Positions 1 to 8,730 of a stretch of DNA of 26,442 nucleotides are shown here, in pieces. Source of the stretch: a virus (lineage: Duplodnaviria > Caudoviricetes); IMG/VR virus record IMGVR_UViG_3300020042_003824, positions 1-26,442 of that record; one strand, 5' to 3'. Numbering within the stretch: the first letter of the stretch is position 1; every line of letters begins with the position of its first letter. The notes below the pieces were generated by a model. The model worked only from the letters and a program-made list of their open reading frames with translations, was not told the origin of the DNA and did no database searches. A program made the position numbers and the translations under genes.

Positions 1-170
1 GAAATACGCTCTAAGTTACCGCGAACCAAGGCCACGAGATCACCATAGAAGATGTTTGTGGCGTAGTTGTTGATGATTGCGTATTCACGAGTAGAACCCG
101 CAAATACTTGACCACCGATCAGGTTGATCGGTTTTAGCCCGTAAGGGGCGTCAATTACCGGATAAGCCAT
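1..170 (-). CDS. Head-associated/capsid decoration-like protein, N-terminal part (runs off window)
   Basis: Not in ORF track. Hand translation from ATG at 170: MAYPVIDAPYGLKPINLIGGQVFAGSTREYAIINNYATNIFYGDLV...; AGGAG RBS upstream; follows the scaffold-region genes in the head operon. Confidence 0.7.
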   Translation of the reverse strand, partial: MAYPVIDAPYGLKPINLIGGQVFAGSTREYAIINNYATNIFYGDLVALVRGNLERI

Positions 171-188
171 CTAAGACTCCTTGAAAAT

Positions 189-656
189 TTAAGTACCTTT
201 GCCAAAGCTTGTCGAAGACCTGTTCTCTCTAAAGAGCGGCATCCTCGGGTCACTTTGACGCATTAGGCTATTGTCGACAGCATCCGTTTGAGCTTGTGTA
301 ATTTCCGCAAAATGTTGATCGCGTTGTTCCATAAACTCAGCCGGGCACTTGCAGAGCAACAACCCACCAATTTCGATATTATTTTTAAATCGACTATCGG
401 GGTCGATTAACATTTGAAACTTGGGTTGTTCTTCAATAGCGACTGGCTCCCAACCTTCCCGGAACTTGCCGGTAATGTTGCGCTGGTCAGCTTTATCTAG
501 AACTGTTACCCGAACCCATCTGTACGCATATCCCGGCTCTTTATCAGGCTCAGGAAGGAGTTCCGCTTGCTGCCACTTTTTAGGGCGCTCTTGCGTTGCT
601 CTGCTCTGCATTTCTCGCGACAATCTGCTTTCTGCTGCTTTTACGTCTGTTGCCAT
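189..656 (-). CDS. Conserved phage head-module protein of unknown function
   Basis: 155 aa, tightly packed in operon; YAYRWVR...EGWEPV...IGGLLLC pattern resembles proteins found between scaffold and capsid genes. Confidence 0.75.
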   Translation of the reverse strand: MATDVKAAESRLSREMQSRATQERPKKWQQAELLPEPDKEPGYAYRWVRVTVLDKADQRNITGKFREGWEPVAIEEQPKFQMLIDPDSRFKNNIEIGGLLLCKCPAEFMEQRDQHFAEITQAQTDAVDNSLMRQSDPRMPLFRENRSSTSFGKGT

Positions 657-657
657 C

Positions 658-1635
658 TTAGGCCTCCAATTTCATCATTTCACGAGCGTACTGCTCGTTG
701 GTTAATTTTAATTTTTTAGCCAAGGCAACTTGTGTCTTTGTTAGCGTGACCTGTTTAGGGGCCGTACTACGTCTAGCAGGTGCAACGACTGTGCTTGGTT
801 TTGTACGTTGAGGTTTATCCTCGTCGTTATTTGTAGTAGCCGAAAATTCTTCTGGGAATCTACGTCTAACTTCTTTGTCAATACTGCCGTAGTATTCGTC
901 AGTACCTATATATCCACGTCCGTACCGTTCTGCAAGCTCTTCGTGGATTCCTTCAGCAAATTTGCGCATCGCCAACTTGTTTCGGTCTACAAACCATGGG
1001 TTGTTCGAGACCCAGTTAGCGACCTTAGGATCCATCTGCTGACTTGCAGGCTGGTTAGTTTGGGTAGTTTGTACACGATTTTCGTCAACTTGTACAGTAG
1101 GCCTGAAATTTTTTGCCTTATCAAGCTTCATTTCTGCCCGAACTAACTCCTTCTGCGCAGCCAAAAGCTTGTCAGAATCGCCGGAGTCATAAGCCTCCTT
1201 GTAATTCCGTTCAGCTTTGTCAAGTTCCATCTCCGCAGAATTTTGGTACGTGGAAATTAATTCTTTTTCGCCATTATGTAATATAGATTTGAGTCTTTTA
1301 TTCTCATCTAAGATACGTTCAGCGACTGTTAGAGCTTCTTGCTGCTCACGAAGAGCAGATTCTTTTGCACGCCGTTCGTCATGCCAAGCTTTTTTATACT
1401 GCTTAAACTTGACTTTTACGTTCTTTGTGTACTCTTCAGACTCATCAGCCTTTTCTAGTTCTTGCTGTGTGTTTTCGTCCAAAGGAGGTGTTGCAAATTG
1501 ATCCTGTTGGGGGGTGTCATCGACGATTTTTACTTCGACGTCATCATCTCCCTCAATAGTGATATTTACCTCTTGTTCGTTTTTTTCTTCCTCGAGTTCA
1601 TCGGGAAATTTGTATTCACCACCAAATTTTGACAT
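658..1635 (-). CDS. Putative capsid scaffolding protein
   Basis: 325 aa; acidic N-terminus, long coiled coil, NPWF motif, basic C-terminal helix (QVALAKKLKLTNEQYAREM); position downstream of portal; AAGGAG RBS. Confidence 0.65.
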   Translation of the reverse strand: MSKFGGEYKFPDELEEEKNEQEVNITIEGDDDVEVKIVDDTPQQDQFATPPLDENTQQELEKADESEEYTKNVKVKFKQYKKAWHDERRAKESALREQQEALTVAERILDENKRLKSILHNGEKELISTYQNSAEMELDKAERNYKEAYDSGDSDKLLAAQKELVRAEMKLDKAKNFRPTVQVDENRVQTTQTNQPASQQMDPKVANWVSNNPWFVDRNKLAMRKFAEGIHEELAERYGRGYIGTDEYYGSIDKEVRRRFPEEFSATTNNDEDKPQRTKPSTVVAPARRSTAPKQVTLTKTQVALAKKLKLTNEQYAREMMKLEA

Positions 1636-1644
1636 GTACGCTCC

Positions 1645-2055
1645 TTATTTGCGTTTGATGCCACGGGGGTCTTCTACAACACCTTCGACTGAGTCGTCGT
1701 TAATGATGCGGAATTCTCGTCCGTGGATGAGTAAACGTGAACCTGCGTTGGGTCTAGTCAACACAAAATCACCTTTTTGACACCAAGGCCCAGTTGGGAA
1801 CTTTGCCTTGTCCATGTAGCAGTCTGGGCCAAGATCGACAACAAACAAAACTGTAGTGAGCAGTTCGTCGTATCGCACGGTCTCGTCTGCTTTAATAATC
1901 CCCATACCACCTTCATACTCTTTCTCTTGCTCTGGGATCGCGCACAAGATTTTGTAGCCCGCAGGCTTTGGTAACTGAGCTGCCTTCTCTTCCGGTTTCT
2001 TGTGCATGACCGCCGAGAGATCGACTGCCAGTCCAAGATCTAGGGTTTCACTCAT
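1645..2055 (-). CDS. groES: GroES/Cpn10-like co-chaperonin
   Basis: LPKPAGYKIL...GGMGII...VVDLGPD...GDFVL...GREFRIINDDSVEGVV matches the GroES fold pattern (mobile loop GGI-like; C-terminal 'ILAVV'-like strand). Confidence 0.8.
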   Translation of the reverse strand: MSETLDLGLAVDLSAVMHKKPEEKAAQLPKPAGYKILCAIPEQEKEYEGGMGIIKADETVRYDELLTTVLFVVDLGPDCYMDKAKFPTGPWCQKGDFVLTRPNAGSRLLIHGREFRIINDDSVEGVVEDPRGIKRK

Positions 2056-2254
2056 CCGAGTTCTCCATGTTTTTTGTCAGGTCTGTAATGAATCTACGAG
2101 CGGTGAGCAGACCTGTAATTTCCCCACACATCCCGCAGTACTCGTCATATGACTTAGCAGCTCGCGCTCCTAAGTTATCTTCAAGTTGTTTGACTTTGGC
2201 GTCAATTTGTTTGATCGTATGATCCAATGCTTGTTTTACTTCGTAAGACATCAT
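2048..2254 (-). CDS. Hypothetical protein (head module)
   Basis: 68 aa, overlaps both neighbours; SYDEYCGMCGEITGL helix motif. Confidence 0.7.
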   Translation of the reverse strand: MMSYEVKQALDHTIKQIDAKVKQLEDNLGARAAKSYDEYCGMCGEITGLLTARRFITDLTKNMENSDE

Positions 2255-4743
2255 TCACCTTTCTTGGTTGAAGTCTTTTGCGTTTGATTACTTAACTGTT
2301 CTCTATGTTTACTCATCTCAATGCCCATACGGAACCCTTGTTCTTCTTGCTGGGTCTGTCGTTGGTTCTCATTGTTCTGATGCTGTAGTGCAAGCTTCGC
2401 GCCTTCAGTCTCCTGCTGCGCCTCAATACGCTTGAGTTCAACCTGGATCTGAGCCATCTTCGCTTGCATATCAGCCATGTCTTTCTGAGACTTGCGTTGC
2501 AGGTCTTGCTGCTTGATCTGCAATTCTTGCTGCTGCATCTGGATAAGCGGGTCTTGCTGCATCTGTTGATTCTTCTGCTGTTGAGCTTCTTGCTGGTTCT
2601 GCTGGAGAAGTTGCGCAGATGCAAGCGCCGCCATTTTAGAAACTTGAACCTCCATCTCAGGAGACATTTCTTCCTCGTCCTTATCCTCGTTATAAGGAGG
2701 TAAGGTCTGACCCATAGTCATCTCAACCTGCTTGCGATACTCCATACCCAAATGCTCAAATACGTGCGCCATCATTGCAGCTTGTAATTGCTGAGCCATC
2801 TGCGGGTTCTGACCCACAATACTTTGTATTTTTGGATCCTGCATCGCCATCATGTGGACAGCGATATGAGCCTGATGGTCTTGATACAAGAATGCTTTGA
2901 CCGGCTTGTTAGAGAGGACGTTCATGTTCTCTGTGATTGGGTCACGAGGCTTCATGTCTTCCGCTACTGGTACAAGTTTCTGATAATTCTTAATGCCGAT
3001 CACATCCAACATCTGTCTATGAAGCTGGGGTAAGTCATACAGTTGTGGCGCGGTTTGCGCCAACTGCAATGCCGCTTGATACTGGATAACCTTTTGGGCC
3101 ATCGTTGCTGCGTTAGGGTCACTAACTGGTATCACTTCTACATAGTCATAGTCACTCTGTTTAGCATGACGATCCCCCTCTTCTGGCTCGTAGCTGTAGT
3201 CGGGTGGAGTGTAGTCACGGATGATATCTTTGAGTAGCTTGAACTCTTGCTTCATTGAGTAATGAATACGAGACTGGATCGCACTCATGGTCTTCAACTG
3301 TCGCTCAAGAATCGCAAGCGTTGTACCCACTGGAGACTGAGCCGACATGTCAGAGATCTGCAAATCAACTGTGCCTGCAAACTTGCGGCCTTCATCAATG
3401 ATTGTCTGGAGCAACGCCGCCAGAACCTGACTTGGTTCTTTGTATGGCAGCGGCATGATGTTGTCACGCAGGGAGCCGCTAGGGACGTCCATGTCACGGA
3501 ACTCTCCGGGACTTATTGGTGTGTCGTCACCTTTAGATCTAAGCCCGCGAGTTTTAAAGCCGCCCGGTAGATTCGATAAAGTGCCAGCATCAACAAGCTG
3601 ACGGAGAATAGAAGTACCAGACTTGGCAAAAGCGCCAATAAGATGAATAAGACCGAAACAATAGAATCCAAAGCCCGGAATATAGCCGTAATGCACGAAG
3701 TGAGTACGCTTGTGACACTGCTCATCTTCTGGTCTCCAGTTTCTACGGATCGCTAAAATTTCACCTGAACTCTTCTCAATAGTAACGATGTAGGGTAAGG
3801 CAATGCCTGTCTTTTCTCCCTCATCATCCTCGTGCTCATAGCCGGGCAAGTCCATCTCAACCTGCATCTCTAAGAGCTTGAAGCGGTCATCCTCAGATGC
3901 TCTGAAGCCCAGCTTCTCAGCAATCTTCTTCTCTACCTCGTCCATCACATTGACAGGATCTCCTAAGTCAATATCTCGGTAGAAACCTTCATGCTGCAAA
4001 CGCTTAAGCTCGTTAGAAGTTTTGCGCATAACATGTGTCACACGCTCTGCTGAGTCCAAACTTGAAGCGCCGTATGGCACTACCACGTCCTCTGCTGGCA
4101 CGTACATAGACACCTGACGATCCAAGCTGGGATCAAAATACACTTTCTTGAACGCGTTGCCCGACAGACCCAAGCCCCACAACATACGCTCGTGCTCAGG
4201 ACGGAACTCTTTCATCACGTCGGTCAGCTGATAGTTCATATCTGCCTGTACACGCTCAGCCGCTTTTTTCTTCTCAGGCGTCTCTTTGCCAATGATCTGA
4301 GTCTTGACAGGCCCTGCTGCTGGGAACGTAGACATCATGGTCTCAGCTTGAAACTTAACCACGGACTCACTTAATATTGGATGGAACACTCCACAAGCGC
4401 CGGGCCAAGGCTCCATACGCTCTTCGATCTTCATGCCCAACAACTCAAGACCGTCTACATAGGTCTGGATGTAATCTTTACGACTAGAGACATCTGTCTC
4501 ATACTCACCGACGAGATCCCCTGACAAGCGAATTAACTCGCTCTCATCCATGTCTTCAGCCAAGTTCTTATTGAACTCGTCTTCTTCCTCAGACTTCTCC
4601 ATATCAATCTCAAAGCCCGGCCCCTTAATATTTACCGCCTCTGGGTCTTCGATCGTGATCTCAATTGGCTCGTCTTCCTCACCAAGTTGCTCTAAGCCTT
4701 GGGGTGCGTCTGTGTAGACAGCTTTGTCCATGTTAGTTGCCAT
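2251..4743 (-). CDS. Portal protein
   Basis: 830 aa downstream of TerL; PWPGACGVFHP, GNAFKKVYFD, GFYCFGLIHL segments; Q-rich coiled-coil C-terminus as in P22-like podoviral portal barrels. Confidence 0.85.
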   Translation of the reverse strand: MATNMDKAVYTDAPQGLEQLGEEDEPIEITIEDPEAVNIKGPGFEIDMEKSEEEDEFNKNLAEDMDESELIRLSGDLVGEYETDVSSRKDYIQTYVDGLELLGMKIEERMEPWPGACGVFHPILSESVVKFQAETMMSTFPAAGPVKTQIIGKETPEKKKAAERVQADMNYQLTDVMKEFRPEHERMLWGLGLSGNAFKKVYFDPSLDRQVSMYVPAEDVVVPYGASSLDSAERVTHVMRKTSNELKRLQHEGFYRDIDLGDPVNVMDEVEKKIAEKLGFRASEDDRFKLLEMQVEMDLPGYEHEDDEGEKTGIALPYIVTIEKSSGEILAIRRNWRPEDEQCHKRTHFVHYGYIPGFGFYCFGLIHLIGAFAKSGTSILRQLVDAGTLSNLPGGFKTRGLRSKGDDTPISPGEFRDMDVPSGSLRDNIMPLPYKEPSQVLAALLQTIIDEGRKFAGTVDLQISDMSAQSPVGTTLAILERQLKTMSAIQSRIHYSMKQEFKLLKDIIRDYTPPDYSYEPEEGDRHAKQSDYDYVEVIPVSDPNAATMAQKVIQYQAALQLAQTAPQLYDLPQLHRQMLDVIGIKNYQKLVPVAEDMKPRDPITENMNVLSNKPVKAFLYQDHQAHIAVHMMAMQDPKIQSIVGQNPQMAQQLQAAMMAHVFEHLGMEYRKQVEMTMGQTLPPYNEDKDEEEMSPEMEVQVSKMAALASAQLLQQNQQEAQQQKNQQMQQDPLIQMQQQELQIKQQDLQRKSQKDMADMQAKMAQIQVELKRIEAQQETEGAKLALQHQNNENQRQTQQEEQGFRMGIEMSKHREQLSNQTQKTSTKKGE

Positions 4744-4745
4744 GA

Positions 4746-4910
4746 TTAATCCTTATTGCTTTCTACAAGATATGCGAGCTTCTCGCCTTGTAAGTTAGAC
4801 TGAACAATTCGTACAATATGGTATTGGGTAGGGTCTTCTAAAGATGCCCAAAATATCTGTGCATCAACAAGCGTTGAGAATCCAACTCTTACTTCTGTTT
4901 CTGCCATCAT
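4746..4910 (-). CDS. Small hypothetical protein (54 aa)
   Basis: Below ORF-track cutoff. MMAETEVRVGFSTLVDAQIFW...SNKD*; ATGA overlap with upstream gene; fills the gap to the portal. Confidence 0.6.
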   Translation of the reverse strand: MMAETEVRVGFSTLVDAQIFWASLEDPTQYHIVRIVQSNLQGEKLAYLVESNKD

Positions 4911-5401
4911 TTATCCTTAAATACGTTGCAAATGTCTGTGTAAGTTAAGTCTCGGTCTTTCCCAAGAAACTCAACGGTTAACAAATACCGAATCTCAGCA
5001 AAATTAAATACTGTGTGCTGTCGCCTTGTGTTAAAAACAAAATACTTGCTAGGTTTATACACAAGCTCAATAACAGGAAACGAAACGTCCTCTGTGTTTT
5101 CTGCAAATAGGCACTTGCTGCCATTATCTTCCAATAGCATGTTGATGCCAACTTGCCTGTCCGTATCCGAATGCCACTTGTAACAGGTATTAGCTGGTAG
5201 TTTTAAGATGCCAACATGGAAATCAAATTTATTGTCTGCCAGCCACATGAACAGGGGCTCTTTAGTTGCAATCTCCACAGGCAGCTGCGCTGCATCAAAG
5301 TTGTAGTAGAGATGCCAAATCTCGTTGCTTTTGCTAAATGCTAACGCCTCATCTGCAATAGACGACGGGACTGGAAGTTCATAAAAAAATTGCTCCATCA
5401 A
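4907..5401 (-). CDS. 2OG-Fe(II) oxygenase/cupin-like protein
   Basis: HxD (WHSD) ... H (RRQHTV) ... R (IRYLL) arrangement typical of double-stranded beta-helix dioxygenases such as Asp/Asn beta-hydroxylase-like proteins. Confidence 0.7.
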   Translation of the reverse strand: MMEQFFYELPVPSSIADEALAFSKSNEIWHLYYNFDAAQLPVEIATKEPLFMWLADNKFDFHVGILKLPANTCYKWHSDTDRQVGINMLLEDNGSKCLFAENTEDVSFPVIELVYKPSKYFVFNTRRQHTVFNFAEIRYLLTVEFLGKDRDLTYTDICNVFKDK

Positions 5402-6918
5402 TAGTACGCCGCTTTTTTGCGAAACATCTTCTTGACGAAAGTGTCTTCTGGCTCATCCGTCTCCAGACGGATAAACCCACCCTGCCGGAATCTCAGTAGA
5501 GCCAGCGTTGTGGAGTCTACCAAGTCATCGTTCGCTCCGCTAGGGAAGTCGTTGCATTCCTCTATGACATCCTTAGCCCACCTTCTATCCGGCGCAAAGA
5601 CCACGCCTCCTTGGAACAGACTGGAGACCGCATTCACCCGAGCAATCTTGTCCTGCCCTTTTCCCGGGGTGAACTCTCCCACTGGGATTCCCATTTTGCG
5701 CATCTCCTGATAGAGCACGGATCCGTTGGATTTCTTCTCAACCATGAACGAATCTGGTTGCCACTCCCTGTACTCCTCAAGCACCAAAGCCTTAAGGTCT
5801 GGGTACTCCATACGTTTCTTTATCGCATTTAGAAGAATGATCGCGTAATTATTTGTCTCTTCATTAAAAAACACGCCCCAAGTCGTCAGTGCGTTGTAGT
5901 CAGACCGGTTTGAGGCTTCCTGCGCCGCGTCCAGACTCATGATCGTGAACTCACACGAGGGTGGCTCGTCTTTCTCCCAGATCTTCCACCACTCTCTCTT
6001 TATTAGTGCCCCCTCCTCGGATACGGGGTTCTGCATGTATTGGGCATTCCAATACCTAACGTCCAACGCAGCTTTCTTGGCGTAAAGTTCCTCCACAGGC
6101 CAAAACTCAGGCCACAAAGCCTCACCATCATCTGTAATTGCAGGAAACTCCACTACTTCCCACTGGTCGACGCCCTCTTCTCGGTTCATCTGTGTAACTA
6201 TCTGCCCAGTCAAGTCCAGCTTTGACCAGCGAGTCATCACAACAATGATTGCACCACCCGGCATAAGTCGCTGGAGAGGGCCAGACTGAAACCACTCCCA
6301 AGCAGGAAGAAAGACATCGGGTCTTCCAGTTTTGGCATCCTGCTCAGAATGAGGATCATCAATAATAAACAGGTCAGCACCGCGACCAGCCAAAGCACCG
6401 CCTACACCAATAGCAAAGTACTCTCCATTGAAGTTCGTACCCCATCTTGACGCAGATTTACTGTCAGCTTGCAGCTCAACTTGGGGGAAAACGTCCTTAT
6501 AAGTGTCCATTCCGACCAAATTTCGCACTCTACGACCAAAATTCACCGCCAAATCAGCAGTGTGGGAGGCCATGATGACCTTTTTGTGCGGATATTTACC
6601 CAAAAACCATGCGGGAGCCAAGTAAGAGATCAATTCTGACTTGCCGTGACGTGGGGCAATGTTCACAATCACCCGTTTCTTCTTACCAGCAGCGATATCC
6701 TCGAAGATCTGGGCCAATTTGAGGTGGTGAGGACCAACTTTGTACCCCGGATAGACGTGTTTTACGAAGTCAAGGAAGCTTTCCTTGCTCAAAGTCTGAG
6801 TCATTTGAGCATCGTAGGTCTTGAGAAGCTCAAGAGTGCGCCTTTTCTGCTTGTCAGGCATGGCTGGCAACGCTTGTCGCAGCTTAAATAGCTGTTCAGG
6901 CGTCAGATTTTGATTCAT
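5398..6918 (-). CDS. terL: Terminase large subunit
   Basis: Walker A APRHGKS, Walker B IIDDPH, MTRW coupling motif, RNase H-like nuclease acidic residues (SLDAA, DDLVDS). Confidence 0.95.
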   Translation of the reverse strand: MNQNLTPEQLFKLRQALPAMPDKQKRRTLELLKTYDAQMTQTLSKESFLDFVKHVYPGYKVGPHHLKLAQIFEDIAAGKKKRVIVNIAPRHGKSELISYLAPAWFLGKYPHKKVIMASHTADLAVNFGRRVRNLVGMDTYKDVFPQVELQADSKSASRWGTNFNGEYFAIGVGGALAGRGADLFIIDDPHSEQDAKTGRPDVFLPAWEWFQSGPLQRLMPGGAIIVVMTRWSKLDLTGQIVTQMNREEGVDQWEVVEFPAITDDGEALWPEFWPVEELYAKKAALDVRYWNAQYMQNPVSEEGALIKREWWKIWEKDEPPSCEFTIMSLDAAQEASNRSDYNALTTWGVFFNEETNNYAIILLNAIKKRMEYPDLKALVLEEYREWQPDSFMVEKKSNGSVLYQEMRKMGIPVGEFTPGKGQDKIARVNAVSSLFQGGVVFAPDRRWAKDVIEECNDFPSGANDDLVDSTTLALLRFRQGGFIRLETDEPEDTFVKKMFRKKAAYY

Positions 6919-7471
6919 TTCTCACTATTTCTCGAGCTTCAACATCTATTACCTTACCCTCAAGACTTTGTAAGGTCTCCAAAAGTTCTTTTTCTACCTC
7001 TTCGGCAGACAGTATCTTATGTGTGACTTCACTGCGCTTCTTAAAAGCATCTACGCCATCAACTTCGCCTAATTTAGATAGAGCAGTGATACGAGCCTTA
7101 GGATCCTTGGCGTTCTCAATCTCCAGCACCAGCTTATTTACTACATATAGCTTGAAGTCAGACAGCTCGTCTACGATCGACACGTTCATCTGAGCCACCA
7201 TACCTGCAAGCATGGCAAGCGTCTCGTTGGGATACTTGGAATAGTCAGGTCTATGGCTAGGATTGGCAATCATCTCCCGAGCAATTTCCTTTGCTTGATC
7301 AGCATTCTCTTGCGTAGGGATGAGGGGCTTGCCTGTTAAGTCAGACATTAACTTCACCACGTTGGCTCTCATATTGAGTTCTTCAGCGGGCGACAGTTCA
7401 GGGAACGCATCTACGGCGTTCTTAGGTAGAGGGATGTTCTCCTCTATGTGCGGAATTATTGGTTCTGACAT
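6896..7471 (-). CDS. Probable terminase small subunit
   Basis: Directly upstream of and overlapping terL; helical protein. Start moved to MSEPIIP (7471) from the track's 7528. Function is a positional inference. Confidence 0.55.
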   Translation of the reverse strand: MSEPIIPHIEENIPLPKNAVDAFPELSPAEELNMRANVVKLMSDLTGKPLIPTQENADQAKEIAREMIANPSHRPDYSKYPNETLAMLAGMVAQMNVSIVDELSDFKLYVVNKLVLEIENAKDPKARITALSKLGEVDGVDAFKKRSEVTHKILSAEEVEKELLETLQSLEGKVIDVEAREIVRNESKSDA

Positions 7472-7748
7472 GTAAGCGGAATCTCCGACAGTTATGGGAA
7501 TGTAACATAAAAATATATCTTTGCGCAAGGGGAGGTTAGGAATCCTACCCGGGGGGTGTTGTGTATATTTTATATGCCTTTATTAGCTGTGTAATTCGAG
7601 GGGGTGGGCCTGACCTTTTCGGCTAGACCGGTACGTGTAATTGGACGGGATGTTGGCTGAATTACACACGACAGAAAATAATACTTGGTAACTTGACATA
7701 TTACTTGGAGAAAATTTTGAAAAATATGTAGTTATTTGTGTTTGTTCT

Positions 7749-7816
7749 GGGGTATGGGGTGCGAGGGGGAGGCTCATTGGGGTTTAGGGGGGTGGGGGTA
7801 GGCAGGGGTGGGTGGG
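7749..7816 (+). repeat. Cluster of nine G-tracts (G-quadruplex potential)
   Basis: G-runs of 3-6 at 7749, 7756, 7765, 7779, 7787, 7794, 7805, 7810 and 7814, in the strand-switch intergenic region. Confidence 0.8.
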
Positions 7817-7824
7817 CTGGAAAC

Positions 7825-7875
7825 TATACTTATATAAGGGCTTTTGCTAATCTACAACCACTGCAACAACGCAGT
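7825..7875 (+). promoter_or_regulatory. Early promoter P1 with 5' hairpin
   Basis: TATACT-N17-TAATCT with extended -10 TG; hairpin ACTGC-AACAAC-GCAGT begins 6 nt after the -10; same layout as P2. Confidence 0.6.
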
Positions 7876-7893
7876 TAACCAAAGGAGATATCA

Positions 7894-8286
7894 ATGAAGA
7901 ACCCCATCGCTTACTCAAACCTTTTCAAGACACCAACATCTATGAAACAACTAGAGGACATAGCAGAGTCAATGCGTAATGTACCTGAAGCATGGATGGT
8001 GATGATGTTCACTCTTAACTACTGTCACCATCTAGTAGAAAAGATGTTGCACCCAGACATCACCGAGGAAGATATAGCAGAGGGCATCAGGCAATGTTGC
8101 ATAGAGATGGATGCTGACGCATACATCAGCGCAGAGTTAAGAGTGCTAAAGCAAAGCCTAGAAGTTCAGGCAAAGCGCAAGAATATCAAGGTCACTATCA
8201 AGAAGCCTAAGCATCCTGTTAAGCCTGACCCTGAAGCAGAGGAGGACAGAGCAGATTACGAAAGAGAACAACTGATGAGACCTTAA
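7894..8286 (+). CDS. Early hypothetical protein (130 aa)
   Basis: Strong AAAGGAG RBS; first gene after P1; its last codons are the hammerhead core. Confidence 0.75.
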   Translation: MKNPIAYSNLFKTPTSMKQLEDIAESMRNVPEAWMVMMFTLNYCHHLVEKMLHPDITEEDIAEGIRQCCIEMDADAYISAELRVLKQSLEVQAKRKNIKVTIKKPKHPVKPDPEAEEDRADYEREQLMRP

Positions 8287-8317
8287 TGGTCGAAACCGCC
8301 GAGAGGCGGTCTTGTTC
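8266..8317 (+). ncRNA. Hammerhead ribozyme, type I
   Basis: Stem I GAACAA/TTGTTC; core CTGATGA (8272-8278); stem II GACC-TTAAT-GGTC; GAAA (8292-8295); stem III CCGCC-GAGA-GGCGG; GUC cleavage triplet with cut after C8311. All invariant core nucleotides are present. Confidence 0.92.
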
Positions 8318-8336
8318 AACTAACTGAAAGAATCAA

Positions 8337-8531
8337 ATGAAAACATACATCTCACCATTCGACGTCAAAGACAACATCCAAGCATTCGGTAAGGCTTATG
8401 CATTCTGGGCAATACGTGATGACGCAGGGATACTGCATTCGCTATATCTGTTGTGGGTGGCAACCAACATGATCAAACACGCTGACAGCGCACAACGTGA
8501 ACACGCTGAGTATCGTTACCAACAACTGTAA
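8337..8531 (+). CDS. Early hypothetical protein (64 aa)
   Basis: Lies between the ribozyme and the terminator; weak RBS. Confidence 0.6.
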   Translation: MKTYISPFDVKDNIQAFGKAYAFWAIRDDAGILHSLYLLWVATNMIKHADSAQREHAEYRYQQL

Positions 8532-8535
8532 ACAT

Positions 8536-8558
8536 GGGAGCTTCGGCTCCCTTTTTTT
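8536..8558 (+). terminator. Rho-independent terminator T1
   Basis: GGGAGC-TTCG-GCTCCC followed by T7. Confidence 0.9.
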
Positions 8559-8569
8559 GTGTCCATGGT

Positions 8570-8627
8570 TTTGAAGCCAGTTATGAGTGGTCGAGCGGGT
8601 CTCGTGTATGCGTGGCTGGCGTGCGTG
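8570..8627 (+). repeat. Post-terminator repeat, copy 1
   Basis: TTTGAAGCCAGTTATGAGTGGTCGAGCG...GCGTGCGTG; near-identical core at 9245 and 10142. Confidence 0.85.
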
Positions 8628-8643
8628 TCGATGGGCTCGAAAC

Positions 8644-8700
8644 TATACTTATACCATCGATTTTGATAATCTCTATTCATCGGCTGGATTCGCCACCGAT
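8644..8700 (+). promoter_or_regulatory. Early promoter P2 with 5' hairpin
   Basis: TATACT-N17-TAATCT, extended -10 TG; shares GAAACTATACTTATA with P1; hairpin ATCGG...CCGAT at 8679-8700. Confidence 0.6.
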
Positions 8701-8730
8701 ACATTGTGTTAACTCAAAAGGGAGAATGAA

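Noticed and set aside
2251-2620. CAG/CAA-rich low-complexity sequence
   Set aside because: It encodes the Q-rich coiled-coil tail of the portal and is not an independent repeat.
421-6891. Plus-strand ORFs in the left arm and minus-strand ORFs in the right arm listed in the track
   Set aside because: They are antisense or alternate-frame shadows of well-supported genes, lacking RBSs and recognisable motifs.
7693-7721. TTGACA as a -35 element
   Set aside because: No acceptable -10 at 16-18 bp on the plus strand.
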